The notes under the pieces: generated by a model
Database searches by the model: none
The model's input: the letters and a program-made list of their open reading frames with translations, nothing else
What the model was told of the DNA's origin: nothing
Program-made: the position numbers and the translations under genes
Source of the DNA: an uncultured Limnohabitans sp.
Lineage (GTDB): Bacteria > Bacteroidota > Bacteroidia > Cytophagales > Cyclobacteriaceae
NCBI GenBank assembly: GCA_964521585.1
Contig: CAZFSC010000004.1
Coordinates: 1,397 to 65,396, forward strand
DNA: 64,000 nt
Direction of reading: 5' to 3'
In this document: positions 18,772-28,212 of the stretch, one piece after another
How the letters are laid out: each line of letters opens with the position of its first letter
Numbering within the stretch: position 1 is the first letter of the stretch

Positions 18772-19905
18772 GTGAAAAACAGAAAGCTTAGTGTTGGTAT
18801 TTTTCTCCCGCTCATTATCCAGTTTTGGATTGGAGGGGGATTAGCTTTCGGGCAGGTTTTAGCTCCAAAGTATTCGAATGAATTTTTATCAATAGGAGTG
18901 GGGGCTCGGGCATTGGGCATGGGCGGGGCGCAAGTCTCGGCTGTGAAGGATGTGACAGCAGCGTATTGGAATCCGGCGGCCTTGATGGATATCCAGCATA
19001 AGTATGAGTTTAGCTTGATGCACTCTGAATATTTTGCAGGAATTGCACAGTACGACTATCTGGGCTTTACCACTCCAGTTAAAAGTGAAAGTCAGGTCGC
19101 TGTTTCTCTAATCCGTTTCGGAGTGGATGATATTCCGGATACAAGATTTCTTTACGATGCCAATGGTGCCTTGAATTACAATAACATCCAATTTTTCAAT
19201 GCAGCCGATTATGCCTTGCTTCTGAGCTATGCCAGGCAAGTATCAAAGCATCTGAAAGTAGGAGCAAATGCAAAAGTAATTCACCGGAATGTGGGCAAAT
19301 TCGCTCAAGCATGGGGGTTTGGCTTGGATGTGGGGGCTTTGTACAGCAGAGAGAAACTTACTCTTGGACTGATGCTCCGAGACATCACGACGACTTTCAA
19401 TTCTTGGTCTCACAATGCTGAGTTGGTTCGGGAGATCTATGCGCAGACCAATAATGAGATCCCCATCAATTCTGTGGAACTCACCCTTCCGAGAGCAATT
19501 CCCAGCATTTCTTATAGCTGGAGCTTGGGTCAGGACTTCAGTCTACTTACTGCTCTTGATTTGGATATGACTTTTGATGGCAATCGAAATACGGTGATCA
19601 GTAGTGAATTTATAAGTATTGATCCCAGATTCGGATTGGAGGCAGGATTTCAAAATACGGCATTTCTCCGGGCAGGTCTGGGAAATTTTCAGTACATCAA
19701 AGACTTTGATGGGAGTAAAAGTTTAAATTTTCAGCCAAGTATGGGTATAGGAGTATTCTTAAGTGAGCGCTTTCAGATTGACTATGCACTCACGGATATC
19801 GGGAATGTGTCCGAGACGCCCTATTCCCATGTGTTTTCGGTGAAGGTAAGTCTGGAGAGGCTGGCACCGGATTTCAGAAAAGCAAAAATGAAGGAAGATC
19901 AATGA
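18772..19905 (+). CDS. PorV-like (PorV2-type) T9SS outer-membrane barrel
   Basis: KYSNEFLSIGVGARALGMG..YWNPA FadL/PorV-type N-terminus; coupled (ATGA overlap) to the C25 gene. Start GTG at 18772 or 18748. Confidence 0.8.
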   Translation: MKNRKLSVGIFLPLIIQFWIGGGLAFGQVLAPKYSNEFLSIGVGARALGMGGAQVSAVKDVTAAYWNPAALMDIQHKYEFSLMHSEYFAGIAQYDYLGFTTPVKSESQVAVSLIRFGVDDIPDTRFLYDANGALNYNNIQFFNAADYALLLSYARQVSKHLKVGANAKVIHRNVGKFAQAWGFGLDVGALYSREKLTLGLMLRDITTTFNSWSHNAELVREIYAQTNNEIPINSVELTLPRAIPSISYSWSLGQDFSLLTALDLDMTFDGNRNTVISSEFISIDPRFGLEAGFQNTAFLRAGLGNFQYIKDFDGSKSLNFQPSMGIGVFLSERFQIDYALTDIGNVSETPYSHVFSVKVSLERLAPDFRKAKMKEDQ

Positions 19906-22900
19906 GAAAGAAGCTAACTTTTATAGTATCCTGTTGGTTGATGCTCATCGGATCTGTTTTTGCCCAGCAAAGTCCTTGGTACAATTACAATCAGACCTAT
20001 TATAAGATCCCAACTGCCACCAATGGGATTCATCGGATATCCGCAGCGGCGCTCAGCAGTTCGGGCATAAACATTAATGGCTTAAATCCTGCAGAAATCA
20101 GACTTTTTCATCGCGGGAAAGAAGTGGCTATTCACATTGAGGGAGGAAATGACGGAAAGTTTGATTCTAATGATTTCATCGATTTCTACGGGTATAAGAA
20201 TGATGGGACTCTGGACAAATTACTGTACTCGGATTTTGATTCAATCCCGAATCCTTATTTCAACACCCATTCAGATACCACAGCTTTCTTCCTGACTGTA
20301 TCGCCCGGCCAGGCTGGCAAAAGAATGGCCGAACGGTCTGCACCTGAAACCAGCCTCCCGCTGCTCAGCCAGTATCGCAGCGAGCGGTTTCAGGTTTTCT
20401 CGGAGCAATATTCACTTGGCCAGGGTTATGCATTTGAGTTTAGACTCTCCAAATATGACGTGGGGCAAGGTTGGATGAGTTCTGTCATCAGTAAAGGAGC
20501 AACAAGACAAATCAGCTTTCCCGGTGTAGGTTCGGTCCCTTCTACAGGTACAGCCAAATTGGAAATTGGCTTGGTAGGAAGATCTTACAATAATCACATA
20601 ACCCGGATTCTTGCAGGAAAGACAGCCGCTTCACAACGGGTCGTAGGGACAATCAACTTTCAGTTTTTCAATTATCCTAAAGTCGTTTTGGACTTGGCGA
20701 TGAGTGATTTTAATGCGGACGGAAGCATTGTGATCGGGATTCAATCGGCAGGTCAGGAGGGATCTGATAATATCTCTGTGGCTTATGCACAACTTGTTTT
20801 TCCAAAAAATGTGAGTTCAGGTAATTTCACCAGTGAGTTGTTCATTTTGCCACCGGGCAATCAGCGCATTCAGCTTGCCGGACTCACGGGAAACTATACC
20901 GGAATGGATATTTTGGATCCCCTCAATCCTGAACGAATCCGCTTTACCGGTTCAGGACAGAATCTGGCTTTTAGAGCAGCAGTGCCGGGAGACTCCAGTA
21001 AGATTTGGATTCAGAATCAGGAGTCCATCATTCCCATATCCAAACTAGAACCGCTGAGATTTAGAAATTTATTGGCTCAGCCTGCGAATTACATCATCCT
21101 GAGTCATCCGAATCTGGAGAAACCAAGCACGCAATATCCAAATCCAATTCAATCTTATGCAGCACATCGGGCTTCACCGGAAGGTGGAGGATTTGATACG
21201 CTGGTGGTCCGGGTGGATGAATTGGTCAATCAATTTTCTTACGGGGAGAATTCCCCATTGGCGATTTTCGAGTTTTTACGAACCTACTATCCTGTTCATA
21301 AGCCTTCCCATCTGCTTTTGCCCGGCAGAGGACTGGCAATTTATGCCACTTCAAGAGTTGGAGGTATTACCTATTTCTACAGAAATAATCCCAGTGCATT
21401 TTCATTTCAGGATCTGATCCCCGTGGGGGGCTATCCATTTTCTGACAATATTTATACAAAGGGATTAGATCCTCAATTTCCCAATGCGCCTGCAATGGGA
21501 GTAGGAAGGATCCCTGCCAAAAATGCTCAGCAGCTTGCGGATTATTTGGAAAAAGCGATCGAAAAAGATGCGGTCGGAATTTCTGAACCCTGGCAAAAAG
21601 AAATGATTCATTTGGGCGGGGGTGTTTCTGAATTCGAGTTGGATCGTTATTTCGCTTGGCTGAATGGTTTCAAAAATATTGCTGAGGGACCATTTTTGGG
21701 AGGAAATGTGACCACTTACCGCAAGCGTTCCAATTCTGTAATTGAAGTCATCGATATCACGGGTGATCTAAACGAAGGCAGATCCATGGTGACTTTCTTC
21801 GGACATGGAGCGCCGACTATAATTGATATAGAAATCGGCTTTGCTTCTGATCCCACGCTGAACTATCAGAATCGTGGAAAATATCCAGTCATGCTTTTCA
21901 ATGGGTGTGATTATGGAAGTGCTTTTGGTACGGTTTATACACAGGGAGAAGATTGGGTCATCACCCCGCGCAAGGGAGCTGCCGCGGTGCTTTCAAATTC
22001 ATCTATCGGAGTGGATGTGTATTTGAGGAGATATTCCGATACTTTTTATCAGACAGCCTTCGCTGATAGTAGCATGATCTATCGAACCCTCGGGGAGGTC
22101 AAAATGGAAGCAGAGAAGAAATTTATCGAACGCTATGGACTGGGGGCTTTGAATGTTTCCCACATGGAGCAAATGATCACGTTTGGTGATCCAGGACTGA
22201 GGATTTTCCCCGCTGATAAGGCAGATTATAGTTTGAATACCGCGGAAGTTTTTGTCGAAAGTTTTGATGAACAACCGCTTTCGGTCTTGTCTGATAGTTT
22301 GAAACTTTCCTTCGTGCTTCGCAATATCGGACGGGTAGATATGGATTCGATTTCCTACAAAATCAGCCGTCAGTTGCCGGATGGAACTTCCATTCCATAT
22401 CCAGAAGTAAAAATTCCTTACATAGCCCGGGTAGATACGATCCAGTTTACCATTCCAAATACCGGCTTAAATTCAGCTGGGGAAAACAACTTTTTCCTCG
22501 AAGCCAATTCCAACAAAAGTGTGGATGAGATGACTTTCGCAAATAATGCAGTGAGCATTTCGAAATTCATACCACTAAGTGGGCCCTTGAATCTGGTACC
22601 GGTGGACTTTGGAATAGTGAGTACTCCAAATGTGACCTTGATTGCCCAGGTACCTGGGAAAATTGTGGAAGATCGAACTGTCATCCTACAGTTGGACAGT
22701 GCTTCCACTTTCAATTCCGCCTTTCGAAAGGAAATCCGGATCACTACCCGCGGCCTTGCTGAATGGCCCGTTACTTTGCCAGAAACAGGTGATACACTCA
22801 CATTTTATTGGCGGATAAGATTTCAAGAGGCGAAGCCCGGCGAAACAGACGCCTGGACTACTTCATCATTTTCCTTCATTCCAAGTGGACCAAACGGTTG

Positions 22901-24923
22901 GACTCAGCGCACTGTGCCTCAGCTGGAAAAAAATCAATTGACGAATTTGAAATACAATTCTGCCAAGCAATCCTGGCAATACCTGGAAAAGCAGATTGGG
23001 ATAGAAGTATTTACAGTAGGAGCAGGAGTGGATTCACTTTCTTTTAGAAATACCCAGTTTTATCTGAATCAGATCCCGCAGATCCTGGACAATGTCAATA
23101 ATGCCAATAGCCGACTATGTCCCAATGGATCATTGGGTTTGGTTACCATTGAGCAAAAAAGTTTAATGCCGTATTTGCCTATTCCGGTTCCGGGTTTTGA
23201 TATTCTTGATTCACGTGCCTGTGGACGTGTTCCTCAGTTAATTCAAAGTATCCAAAATGCATGGATCACGACTCCGGGCCAGACCATGTTGATCGATTTT
23301 GTGAACAATGTGAAGCAGGGGGATTATGTTGTGATTTTTTCAGTAGGGAATGTCACCTTCGAATCCTGGCCGGATATAGCAATTCAGAAATTGAAAGAAT
23401 TCGGAGCTTCTGAGGCTACGTTGCGGGCATTGAAAAACGGAGATCCATACATCCTATATGGCCGCAAAGGAATGCGTCCGGGAGAAGCTATTGAAATCGT
23501 AGGAAATAAAAACTTGCAAGTACCACCACGTCAGCAGACGCTTTCATTTGATACAGATCTAACCGGTTATTTGACCTCAGGGATGATCTTGACTCCCAGA
23601 ATAGGTCCTGCCGCTCATTGGGAGAGATTCTTTCAAAATGTTACGGCCAAAACCTGGATCGATGAACAGGAACACACTGCCTTTGATATTATCGGGATCA
23701 AGGAGAATGGGGAAGAGGATATTTTGATGCCGCAGGTTTTAGATACTGAAATTGACTTGTCCTTCATTTCTTCTGCCAGCTATCCTTACCTGAGACTACG
23801 TTATTCGATGGATGATCCCAACTCTACCGCTCCTGCTCAGTTGGACAACTGGCAGGTAAATTACAGTGGTGTTCCTGAGGGTGTGTTGATATTGAAATCA
23901 GCACGCGATCAGGTGGCCCTGAGGGAAGGACAAACCGGCAGACTTGAATTGCAATTCAAAAACGTTTCCGCTTATGATTTTCGAGATTCAATCCAAGTAG
24001 ATTGGAAGCTGACCCATATTCCAGGGAGAAAATTGGAAAATTTTTCCAAAAAATTCCCTGCATTAAAGGCAGGAGAAGCTTTTGATTTCACAATCGAGTT
24101 CAATTCTGAAGGTAAAGCAGGTGAGAATCGTCTGGAGATTTTTGCAAATCCTAACATCCAACGTGAGCAAACATTCCGAAATAACCAGGTGGATATGGGG
24201 GCTTATTTCTTGGTCGAAGGGGATAATTCCAAGTCCTTGTTGGATGTGAATTTTGACGGTATTTACATTATGGATGGGGATATAGTCTCCCCAAATGTCA
24301 TGATCACTGCTTTGCTCAAAAACGACCAAACCCTTTTATATAAAAAGGACACCATCGGGATGGAGATTTTTCTCAAGCAAAATTGCGAGGGTTGTAATTT
24401 CTCCAGAATCAATTTTTCTAATCCTAATCTGACCTGGACGCCGGCTTCGGAAGACTCAGACTTCAAAGTCACCCTGATTCCGGGGCCATTGGAAGATGGA
24501 TTATATACCTTGAGAATTACCAATGAGGACTCTGAGCAACCGTATGAGATTCAGTTTGAAGTGATCAATGAGTCCCAGATTACAAATTTCTACCCTTACC
24601 CAAATCCATTTAGCACCAGTGTCCGATTTGTGTTTACAGTCACAGGTATGGAAGTGCCTGATGAGATCAAAATCCAGATCATGACCGTGACTGGCAAAGT
24701 GGTCCGGGAAATACTTCAAAACGAGCTTGGTCCGATTCGAATCGGAAATAATATCACCGAATATGCCTGGGATGGCAAGGATGAGTACGGGGATCAACTT
24801 GCAAATGGTGTCTACATTTATCGGGTTTTGATCCGAAAGAATGGTCAATTTATGGAACATAGGCCTACTGCCGGAGATAAAGCCTTTAAAAAGGGTTATG
24901 GAAAAATGTACCTCTTGAGATAG
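19902..24923 (+). CDS. Large C25 (gingipain-family) cysteine peptidase, PorU-like (PorU2-type) putative T9SS sortase
   Basis: Signal peptide; YKI...GIHRI; VGRIPA; catalytic His/Cys motifs FFGHG and FNGC; Ig-like domains; C-terminal YPNPF..WDG.D..G..LANGVYIYR T9SS-CTD-like domain. Confidence 0.85.
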   Translation: MRKKLTFIVSCWLMLIGSVFAQQSPWYNYNQTYYKIPTATNGIHRISAAALSSSGININGLNPAEIRLFHRGKEVAIHIEGGNDGKFDSNDFIDFYGYKNDGTLDKLLYSDFDSIPNPYFNTHSDTTAFFLTVSPGQAGKRMAERSAPETSLPLLSQYRSERFQVFSEQYSLGQGYAFEFRLSKYDVGQGWMSSVISKGATRQISFPGVGSVPSTGTAKLEIGLVGRSYNNHITRILAGKTAASQRVVGTINFQFFNYPKVVLDLAMSDFNADGSIVIGIQSAGQEGSDNISVAYAQLVFPKNVSSGNFTSELFILPPGNQRIQLAGLTGNYTGMDILDPLNPERIRFTGSGQNLAFRAAVPGDSSKIWIQNQESIIPISKLEPLRFRNLLAQPANYIILSHPNLEKPSTQYPNPIQSYAAHRASPEGGGFDTLVVRVDELVNQFSYGENSPLAIFEFLRTYYPVHKPSHLLLPGRGLAIYATSRVGGITYFYRNNPSAFSFQDLIPVGGYPFSDNIYTKGLDPQFPNAPAMGVGRIPAKNAQQLADYLEKAIEKDAVGISEPWQKEMIHLGGGVSEFELDRYFAWLNGFKNIAEGPFLGGNVTTYRKRSNSVIEVIDITGDLNEGRSMVTFFGHGAPTIIDIEIGFASDPTLNYQNRGKYPVMLFNGCDYGSAFGTVYTQGEDWVITPRKGAAAVLSNSSIGVDVYLRRYSDTFYQTAFADSSMIYRTLGEVKMEAEKKFIERYGLGALNVSHMEQMITFGDPGLRIFPADKADYSLNTAEVFVESFDEQPLSVLSDSLKLSFVLRNIGRVDMDSISYKISRQLPDGTSIPYPEVKIPYIARVDTIQFTIPNTGLNSAGENNFFLEANSNKSVDEMTFANNAVSISKFIPLSGPLNLVPVDFGIVSTPNVTLIAQVPGKIVEDRTVILQLDSASTFNSAFRKEIRITTRGLAEWPVTLPETGDTLTFYWRIRFQEAKPGETDAWTTSSFSFIPSGPNGWTQRTVPQLEKNQLTNLKYNSAKQSWQYLEKQIGIEVFTVGAGVDSLSFRNTQFYLNQIPQILDNVNNANSRLCPNGSLGLVTIEQKSLMPYLPIPVPGFDILDSRACGRVPQLIQSIQNAWITTPGQTMLIDFVNNVKQGDYVVIFSVGNVTFESWPDIAIQKLKEFGASEATLRALKNGDPYILYGRKGMRPGEAIEIVGNKNLQVPPRQQTLSFDTDLTGYLTSGMILTPRIGPAAHWERFFQNVTAKTWIDEQEHTAFDIIGIKENGEEDILMPQVLDTEIDLSFISSASYPYLRLRYSMDDPNSTAPAQLDNWQVNYSGVPEGVLILKSARDQVALREGQTGRLELQFKNVSAYDFRDSIQVDWKLTHIPGRKLENFSKKFPALKAGEAFDFTIEFNSEGKAGENRLEIFANPNIQREQTFRNNQVDMGAYFLVEGDNSKSLLDVNFDGIYIMDGDIVSPNVMITALLKNDQTLLYKKDTIGMEIFLKQNCEGCNFSRINFSNPNLTWTPASEDSDFKVTLIPGPLEDGLYTLRITNEDSEQPYEIQFEVINESQITNFYPYPNPFSTSVRFVFTVTGMEVPDEIKIQIMTVTGKVVREILQNELGPIRIGNNITEYAWDGKDEYGDQLANGVYIYRVLIRKNGQFMEHRPTAGDKAFKKGYGKMYLLR

Positions 24924-25209
24924 CCATTTAAGAGCGAATTATAAAGGACAATAGTATCAGCTAGAGGCATGTGAAAGACTTTCACATCACCCAACCAGCT
25001 AGCTTGATAGTTACGTTTGTTGTAAGGATTTAAAGGATCCTTTTCTCCCTTAAAAAAACTGGCTTGACTATTCTGTTCTTTTTGCACATCTTTAAACCAA
25101 AAAGTTCATTATCCCCTTCCTGAGCTTGTAAATAACCGAAATTGGCGATTCTACACCCTTAACCTTAAATCGCCAGCACTGAGTTTAAAAATTTTAAAAG
25201 GAATATTCA

Positions 25210-26355
25210 ATGAAATTTGGTACCAAAGCCATCCATGCCGGTGTTGAGCCGGATCCCTCTACAGGAGCCATCATGACTCCCATCTTTCAGACTTCCACTT
25301 ATGTACAGAAGTCACCTGGAGATCATAATGGATATGAATATTCCCGGACCCATAACCCAACGCGCACTGCACTTCAAAATAATCTGGCAGCAATTGAAAA
25401 TGGCAAACAGGGGATTTGCTTTTCTTCAGGGATGGCAGCAATCGATGCGGTTGTCAAGCTTTTTAATCCGGGCGATGAAATCATCTCTACCAGCGATCTC
25501 TACGGAGGATCTTACCGGCTTTTTACCAAAGTTTTTGAGCGATATGGCATCAAATTTCATTTTGTGCCAATGCGGAATCCGGCAGATATCGAACCTTATA
25601 TCAATTCCAACACGAAAATGATCTGGGTTGAAACCCCTACAAATCCCATGATGAATATCATCGATTTGAGGGGTATGTCTAAAATCACTAAAGCGAACAA
25701 TTTGATTCTGGCAGTGGATAATACCTTCGCTTCTCCGTACCTTCAAAATCCTTTGGATCTGGGTGCAGATATTGTGATGCATTCGGTGACCAAATATCTT
25801 GGAGGACATTCGGATGTAGTGATGGGGGCGTTAGTTCTCAATGATGATGAATTGGCTTCGAGACTGAGGTTTCTTCAAAATGCATGCGGTGCAGTGCCCA
25901 GCCCTCAGGATTGTTTCTTGGTTCTGCGTGGAATCAAGACCCTGCATCTACGGATGGAGCGTCACTCACAGAATGGAAAGACCATTGCAGCCTACCTCAA
26001 AAATCACCCGAAGGTCAAAAAAGTATATTGGCCAGGTTTCGAAGATCATCCTAATCATGAAGTTGCCAAATCACAGATGCGTGACTTTGGGGGCATGATT
26101 TCGTTCTCCTTGGTAGGAAATCGATTGGAGGATGCTCATAAGGTGATGGCAAGTTTCAAATTATTTGCTTTGGCAGAATCCCTGGGTGGGGTGGAGTCGC
26201 TTTGCGGTCATCCGGCCACCATGACCCATTCAAGTATCCCTAAAGAGGATCGCGAGAAAGTTGGACTTGTGGATTCTTTGATCCGACTCAGTGTGGGGAT
26301 AGAAGATGCTGAGGATTTGAAAAAAGACTTGGCAAATGCACTTTCAAAGATTTGA
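25210..26355 (+). CDS. Cystathionine gamma-lyase/synthase (PLP trans-sulfuration enzyme)
   Basis: YSRTHNPTR, ETPTNP, DNTFASP and SVTKYLGGHSD (PLP lysine). Confidence 0.93.
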   Translation: MKFGTKAIHAGVEPDPSTGAIMTPIFQTSTYVQKSPGDHNGYEYSRTHNPTRTALQNNLAAIENGKQGICFSSGMAAIDAVVKLFNPGDEIISTSDLYGGSYRLFTKVFERYGIKFHFVPMRNPADIEPYINSNTKMIWVETPTNPMMNIIDLRGMSKITKANNLILAVDNTFASPYLQNPLDLGADIVMHSVTKYLGGHSDVVMGALVLNDDELASRLRFLQNACGAVPSPQDCFLVLRGIKTLHLRMERHSQNGKTIAAYLKNHPKVKKVYWPGFEDHPNHEVAKSQMRDFGGMISFSLVGNRLEDAHKVMASFKLFALAESLGGVESLCGHPATMTHSSIPKEDREKVGLVDSLIRLSVGIEDAEDLKKDLANALSKI

Positions 26356-26424
26356 TTGAAGTCTGAAAAAGGAGAGCCTCTTGAAAATTCAACTTTTTTG
26401 GGGGTTTTTCCAGTTTTTCCTATT

Positions 26425-27258
26425 TCAGGCTAGAATTTTCTGGAATAATGTCTTTGCCTGTTTTTCAGTTTGCAAGGAAAGGGCTTTATGTTCTTCCTTG
26501 AGTTCTTTGGCCCATTTCAGATATTTCTTGGACACCTCCTGCTGCTCAGCTAGGTAGCTGGTGAGCGACTGCAGGGTTAGATGATTGGAGTACCAAGGCT
26601 TAAGATTGTTTTTCAATTCTTCAATTTCCAGATGGATCGAGGCTATAAAAATTGACCTAAAACCCAGATGGATAAGAAGATTTTCGAAAATAATGATCTT
26701 GCGCAGCCCTTCAAAAATATCCTTCAGGACGGTGCTATCCATTTTGCCTTTGGCATCAATCCCGAAATATTCTAATTCTTCCTGAACGATCTGATTGATG
26801 GCAGTGGTGATCATCAGCGGCTTAATACCCCGGCTTGCCTTTTCGGATTTTAGATAAAAATCTTCCCAGGATTTCAAAGTGCTGCTGACAACCATGTCAA
26901 AGGTCTGGATGTAAAGTTGTTTTTTGTGCTTCTCTAGAAATTCCCGAAAGCCTCCGAAAGTGAGTCCGGTTTGCATTTCCTGCTCCAGGAGTCTTTTTTC
27001 CACGAGTTTGAAATGGTGGATTTTCTGGAGGTTTTTTTTGAATTTGATGAAATCAGAAAAGATGTCAAATTCCAAACCTTCCTGTTGGTAATGGACCTTT
27101 GCCAAGAGTTCGGCGTAGCTTTCCAAAAAGATCATTTTTCCCGAAAGTGCTATCGCTTTTTTGGATTTGATCTGCTTGCCCAAAACCAAAAAAAGATCCT
27201 TTGCTTCAAAAAACTGCTGCTCAAAGGCTTGAAAAACGGGGGAAAGACTGCCACGCAT
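26425..27258 (-). CDS. Hypothetical all-helical protein (possibly CHAD-like)
   Basis: 277-aa ORF starting 3 nt after the Smr gene; Leu/Lys/Glu-rich; no firm motif. Confidence 0.65.
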   Translation of the reverse strand: MRGSLSPVFQAFEQQFFEAKDLFLVLGKQIKSKKAIALSGKMIFLESYAELLAKVHYQQEGLEFDIFSDFIKFKKNLQKIHHFKLVEKRLLEQEMQTGLTFGGFREFLEKHKKQLYIQTFDMVVSSTLKSWEDFYLKSEKASRGIKPLMITTAINQIVQEELEYFGIDAKGKMDSTVLKDIFEGLRKIIIFENLLIHLGFRSIFIASIHLEIEELKNNLKPWYSNHLTLQSLTSYLAEQQEVSKKYLKWAKELKEEHKALSLQTEKQAKTLFQKILA

Positions 27259-27261
27259 GGG

Positions 27262-28212
27262 TTAAGAGATTCGAACAAGTGTGGCTCCGTAGCCCCAATT
27301 ATCTTTTTGTGTGTCCTGAAAGTACTTAATATTTTGGATTTGACTTAATCGACTGTGGATTTCTTTTCGAAGTACCCCATTTCCGATTCCGTGGACGAAT
27401 GTAATCTGATCCATCCCAGTGGCTATAGCCTGATCCAGATTTTTTTCGAAGGTGGCAAGTTGTATCCTCAGTATTTCAGAATTACTCATTTTGGAAGAGT
27501 CCGTCACCAGTTTTTCGATATGTAAGTCAATGGATGCAGGTGGCCTTTTGGTATTTGGGAGGCTAGGTTTGCTTTCCAATTTCTGTAGATCCTCATTCAG
27601 AGCGCGGATGTCAAGTTCTTTGGTAGTTTGTTCCATTGAGAACAAATAGGCGTTTTTATCCAGTCTTGGTGCTTTGCTGAGATGCCTGAAAAACTGCGTG
27701 GGCTTCATCCGGATTTGCCGCTCAAAAGGAGCGATGGCTTTTTCGAGTTTTTGCTGAATGGGAATAAATCGAAGAAGAAATGCCGGCCATTCGTCCATTT
27801 CTTTGAGCAATCGATCATCAAATTTTTTGGCATCACCTGGCTGGAGTTTATCTGCAAAAAGGGTTCGGTGATTTCCTCCAAATACTTCCGAAACATGTCC
27901 CAGATAGGCATGATGACTGTCATTGATCAGGTATAGACTTAGACTTTGATCATTGATGGGAAGATATGCCAAATAAAGCCCTTGGTCTTTTGGGGCGGAA
28001 ATCGGGGTGGGAGTGTCAACCGCTGGCTGCTCGAGAGCCTTAGATCCAAAATATTTTTCTTCGGTCTCATTTACCAGCACCAATTCATTTTTCATGACCG
28101 GAATAATGAAACCGTCCTCAATCTCTACTTCAATCCTGCCACTTGAGGATATTTTTCTGACGGTACCTTCTTCGTTGCCGTGAAGTAGTCTTACTCGATC
28201 GCCGATGTTCAT
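27262..28212 (-). CDS. Smr/MutS2-domain protein (DUF2027 + Smr)
   Basis: KOW-like N-terminus IGDRVRLL; C-terminal IDLHI...FVHGIGNGVLR...GYGATLV Smr domain. Confidence 0.88.
   Translation of the reverse strand: MNIGDRVRLLHGNEEGTVRKISSSGRIEVEIEDGFIIPVMKNELVLVNETEEKYFGSKALEQPAVDTPTPISAPKDQGLYLAYLPINDQSLSLYLINDSHHAYLGHVSEVFGGNHRTLFADKLQPGDAKKFDDRLLKEMDEWPAFLLRFIPIQQKLEKAIAPFERQIRMKPTQFFRHLSKAPRLDKNAYLFSMEQTTKELDIRALNEDLQKLESKPSLPNTKRPPASIDLHIEKLVTDSSKMSNSEILRIQLATFEKNLDQAIATGMDQITFVHGIGNGVLRKEIHSRLSQIQNIKYFQDTQKDNWGYGATLVRIS

Noticed and set aside
26971-27348. 125-aa plus-strand ORF and other short overlapping ORFs throughout the window
   Set aside because: They overlap well-supported genes on the opposite strand or in another frame and lack motifs.
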